Assembly (NCBI RefSeq): GCF_032115815.1
Contig: NZ_JAUMBI010000032.1
Coordinates: forward strand, 1 to 62,641
Direction of reading: 5' to 3'
Origin: Sandarakinorhabdus sp.
GTDB taxonomy: Bacteria; Pseudomonadota; Alphaproteobacteria; Sphingomonadales; Sphingomonadaceae
Length of the DNA: 62,641 nt
A model generated the notes under the pieces. The model did not search any database and was not told where the DNA came from. It saw only the letters and a program-made list of their open reading frames with translations. Positions within the stretch are counted from its first letter, which is position 1, and each line of letters starts with the position of its first letter. The position numbers were made by a program, and so were the translations under genes. Of the stretch, positions 60,172-62,641 are shown in pieces.

Positions 60172-60887
60172 GCCGCGACCCTGATGGCCTCGGCCAGATC
60201 AAGCCGGCCGTCGTAAAGCGCGCGGCCCGTGATGACGCCTTCGATACCGGGCTTGCCGATCAGCGCATGAATATCGGCGATGGAGGCCACACCGCCCGAG
60301 GCAATAACCGGCAGGCTGGTCGCCGCCGCCAGCGCCACGGTGGCTTCGACGTTCACGCCCTTCAACATGCCATCGCGGCCGACGTCGGTGAACAGCACAG
60401 CCGCCACGCCGGCGTCTTCAAACTGCTTCGCAAGTTCAGCCACCGGCAGCGTCGACACGTCAGCCCAACCGCGCGTCGCCACCATGCCGTCACGCGCGTC
60501 GACTGCGACGACGATGCGGCCCGGATGACCCTTGGCTAGGCCGCGAACCAGATGGGGATTGTCCAGAGCGGCCGTGCCCATCACCACGCGCCACACGCCT
60601 GCCGCCAGCCAGCCCTCCACATGCGCCGCGGTGCGGATGCCGCCGCCAACCTGCACCTTGCCGCCGCCAAAGCCGGACAGCGCCGCCTTGACGCCAGCCG
60701 CATTGCGGGAATCGCCCGCGAACGCGCCATCCAGATCGACGACATGCAGATGCGTTGCGCCAGCGCTGCGGAACAGCGCGGCTTGGGCGGCGGGATCATC
60801 AGCATAAACGGTGGCGCGGTTCATGTCGCCTTCGGCCAGCCGCACGCACTGGCCGCCCTTCAAATCGATGGCGGGGAAAATGATCAT
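60168..60887 (-). CDS. hisA: ProFAR isomerase HisA
   Basis: [32 protein letters not shown]. Confidence 0.96.
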   Translation of the reverse strand: MIIFPAIDLKGGQCVRLAEGDMNRATVYADDPAAQAALFRSAGATHLHVVDLDGAFAGDSRNAAGVKAALSGFGGGKVQVGGGIRTAAHVEGWLAAGVWRVVMGTAALDNPHLVRGLAKGHPGRIVVAVDARDGMVATRGWADVSTLPVAELAKQFEDAGVAAVLFTDVGRDGMLKGVNVEATVALAAATSLPVIASGGVASIADIHALIGKPGIEGVITGRALYDGRLDLAEAIRVAA

Positions 60888-61492
60888 GACTTCAGCCAAT
60901 TGGAGAGGAACGCCAGCCCGTAAGCCTGGCTCTTTTCCGGGTGGAACTGCACGCCAGTGATATGGCCGCGCTTGACGATGGCGGCAAAGCGCCCGCCGTG
61001 ATCGGAAACCGCCTGCACATCGGCCGCATCTTCAGGCGTGAAGGCATAGCTGTGCACGAAATAGGCGTCGCCCGACGGCACTTCAGCGCCGTTCACCGCT
61101 TCGACGCGGTTCCAGCCCATGTGCGGAATCTTCAGTGTCGGGTCCGAAGGCGTCAGTCGCTCGACCTTGCCCGGCAGCCAACCCAGGCCCTTGTGCACGC
61201 CATGCTCGTGGCCTTCACTGGCCAGCAATTGCATGCCCACACAAATGCCCAGGAACGGCACGCCGCGCCCGTTCACCGCTTCGTTCAGCGCCGCTTCGAT
61301 GCCGGACTTCTCGCGCAGCTGGCCGATGCACTGGGCAAAGGCACCCACGCCCGGCAACACGATGCGGCTGGCGCCCGCAATCACCGCCGGATCATCGGTC
61401 ACCACCACGCGCGCACCCGCCCGCTCCAGCGCCCGCGCCGCAGAGCGCAAATTGCCGGCCCCATAATCAACCAGCGCAAGCGTATCAGGCAC
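60884..61492 (-). CDS. hisH: Imidazole glycerol phosphate synthase subunit HisH
   Basis: [30 protein letters not shown]; GTG start. Confidence 0.96.
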   Translation of the reverse strand: MPDTLALVDYGAGNLRSAARALERAGARVVVTDDPAVIAGASRIVLPGVGAFAQCIGQLREKSGIEAALNEAVNGRGVPFLGICVGMQLLASEGHEHGVHKGLGWLPGKVERLTPSDPTLKIPHMGWNRVEAVNGAEVPSGDAYFVHSYAFTPEDAADVQAVSDHGGRFAAIVKRGHITGVQFHPEKSQAYGLAFLSNWLKS

Positions 61493-62099
61493 CGGCGCCA
61501 GAGCCTCCCAACGTGCCCTTGGTGCTGGGGATCGCATCGCTCTTGCGCGGATCAATCGCCACGGCCGCGCGCAACGCCCGCGCCACGCCCTTGAAGCAGC
61601 TTTCGCCGATGTGGTGATTGTTCACCCCATACAGCGTCTCGATGTGCAGCGTGATGCCCGCGCTGCCGGCAAAGGCGGCAAAGAATTCCTTGAACATCTC
61701 GGTATCGAGCGTGCCCAGCTTGGGCTGGCTGAACGATGTGCGCCACACCAGGTAGGGCCGCCCCGAAATGTCGAGCGCCACCCGGGTGAGCGTTTCATCC
61801 ATCGGGATCAGCGCATCGCCATAACGCGTGATGCCGCGCCGATCGCCCAGCGCCTTGGCCACGGCTTCGCCCAGCGCGATGCCGGTGTCTTCCGTGGTGT
61901 GGTGGCCATCGATGTGCAGATCGCCCGTGGTCTTCACGGTCAGATCGATCAGGCTGTGCCGCGACAGTTGCTCCAGCATGTGATCGAGGAAACCAATGCC
62001 GGTCGACACATCGTACGTGCCGCTGCCGTCAAGGTTCACATGCACCTCGACCTGGGTTTCCTTGGTCACGCGGGAAATGCTGGCTGTGCGCGCTGTCAT
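61485..62099 (-). CDS. hisB: Imidazoleglycerol-phosphate dehydratase
   Basis: [34 protein letters not shown]. Confidence 0.97.
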   Translation of the reverse strand: MTARTASISRVTKETQVEVHVNLDGSGTYDVSTGIGFLDHMLEQLSRHSLIDLTVKTTGDLHIDGHHTTEDTGIALGEAVAKALGDRRGITRYGDALIPMDETLTRVALDISGRPYLVWRTSFSQPKLGTLDTEMFKEFFAAFAGSAGITLHIETLYGVNNHHIGESCFKGVARALRAAVAIDPRKSDAIPSTKGTLGGSGAGA

Positions 62100-62199
62100 G
62101 AGCTTGCTCCTTGGGCGCTGCGCCTAGAGCAAAGCCGGCCCAGCGGCAAGTTTGCTTGCCCCCTTGCGGCATCGGGGCCAACAGGTGCAGGTTGTGAAG

Positions 62200-62641
62200 A
62201 TGAGCAGTAATGGTGGCACGCTGCGGCTTGCAGTCCTAATTGATGGCGAAAACATTCCGGCAAAAGATGCCGCCAACCTTTTCGCGCACGTCCACAAGTT
62301 AGGCAATCCGATCATTCGGCGCGTTTATGGCGACTTCACTCGCGACGGCGTGAAGGAATGGCCGAAAGTCATCAGCGAACACGGAGGCTCTGCTCACCAG
62401 AATGGGCACACTTCTGCCGGAAAGAACGCAAGCGACATTGCTCTAGCTGTTGATGCCATGGATTTCCTGCACAAAAGGTCGGTGGATGGATTCTGCATCG
62501 TCACCTCGGATGGAGATTTCACCAGCCTTGCCAAACGCATCCGCGAAGAAGGCCTGAAGGTTTATGGGTTCGCCCACAGCACCGCTGCCAAGGCTTTGCA
62601 GGTAGCGTGTGATCAGTTCTTTCCACTTGCCGCTGCCAAGC
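62200..62641 (+). CDS. NYN domain (LabA/DUF88, PIN-like) protein, 3' truncated by window edge
   Basis: Read manually; not in the ORF track. MSSNGGTLRLAVLIDGEN...RRVYGDF...GKNASDIALAVDAMD...IVTSDGDFTSLAKRIREEG; no stop before the window end. Confidence 0.9.
   Translation, partial: MSSNGGTLRLAVLIDGENIPAKDAANLFAHVHKLGNPIIRRVYGDFTRDGVKEWPKVISEHGGSAHQNGHTSAGKNASDIALAVDAMDFLHKRSVDGFCIVTSDGDFTSLAKRIREEGLKVYGFAHSTAAKALQVACDQFFPLAAAK

Overview
High-GC alphaproteobacterial chromosome segment. Gene content (PEPxxWA-CTERM protein, short SufD, class I LysRS, DUF3667, REP-type palindromes) points to Sphingomonadales, by inference. It is densely packed with about 65 CDS, mostly housekeeping: rnr, an atm1-like ABC exporter, a sigK-rskA-fasciclin module behind alr-mlaE-mlaF, prs, mutT, accA, trmB, hemC-hemD-Mic60-like, tsaD-gpsA, rsmB, bamE, ssb, rmuC, a SUF operon, dinG, lysS and hisBHAFE. 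Two genes are absent from the supplied ORF track because they run off the window edges: an S10 carboxypeptidase (left) and a NYN-domain protein (right). I see no rRNA, tRNA, CRISPR array, transposase, integrase or prophage, and no clearly new multi-gene system. The best leads are: (i) a candidate small-RNA unit with a duplicated 12-mer and its own terminator ahead of an AraC gene; (ii) a perfect FNR/FixK box before a flavin monooxygenase that is followed by a FabX-like FMN/Fe-S enzyme; (iii) an atypical TonB-receptor-like barrel directly behind bamE; (iv) an inverted-topology (NewPHL-type) photolyase trailing the suf operon; (v) a lipoprotein coupled inside sufB-sufC; (vi) a LexA box at rmuC; (vii) three distinct REP-like palindrome families. 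Product calls come from motif recognition by eye, not database searches. Start codons were often trimmed from the ORF track using RBS position or overlap.
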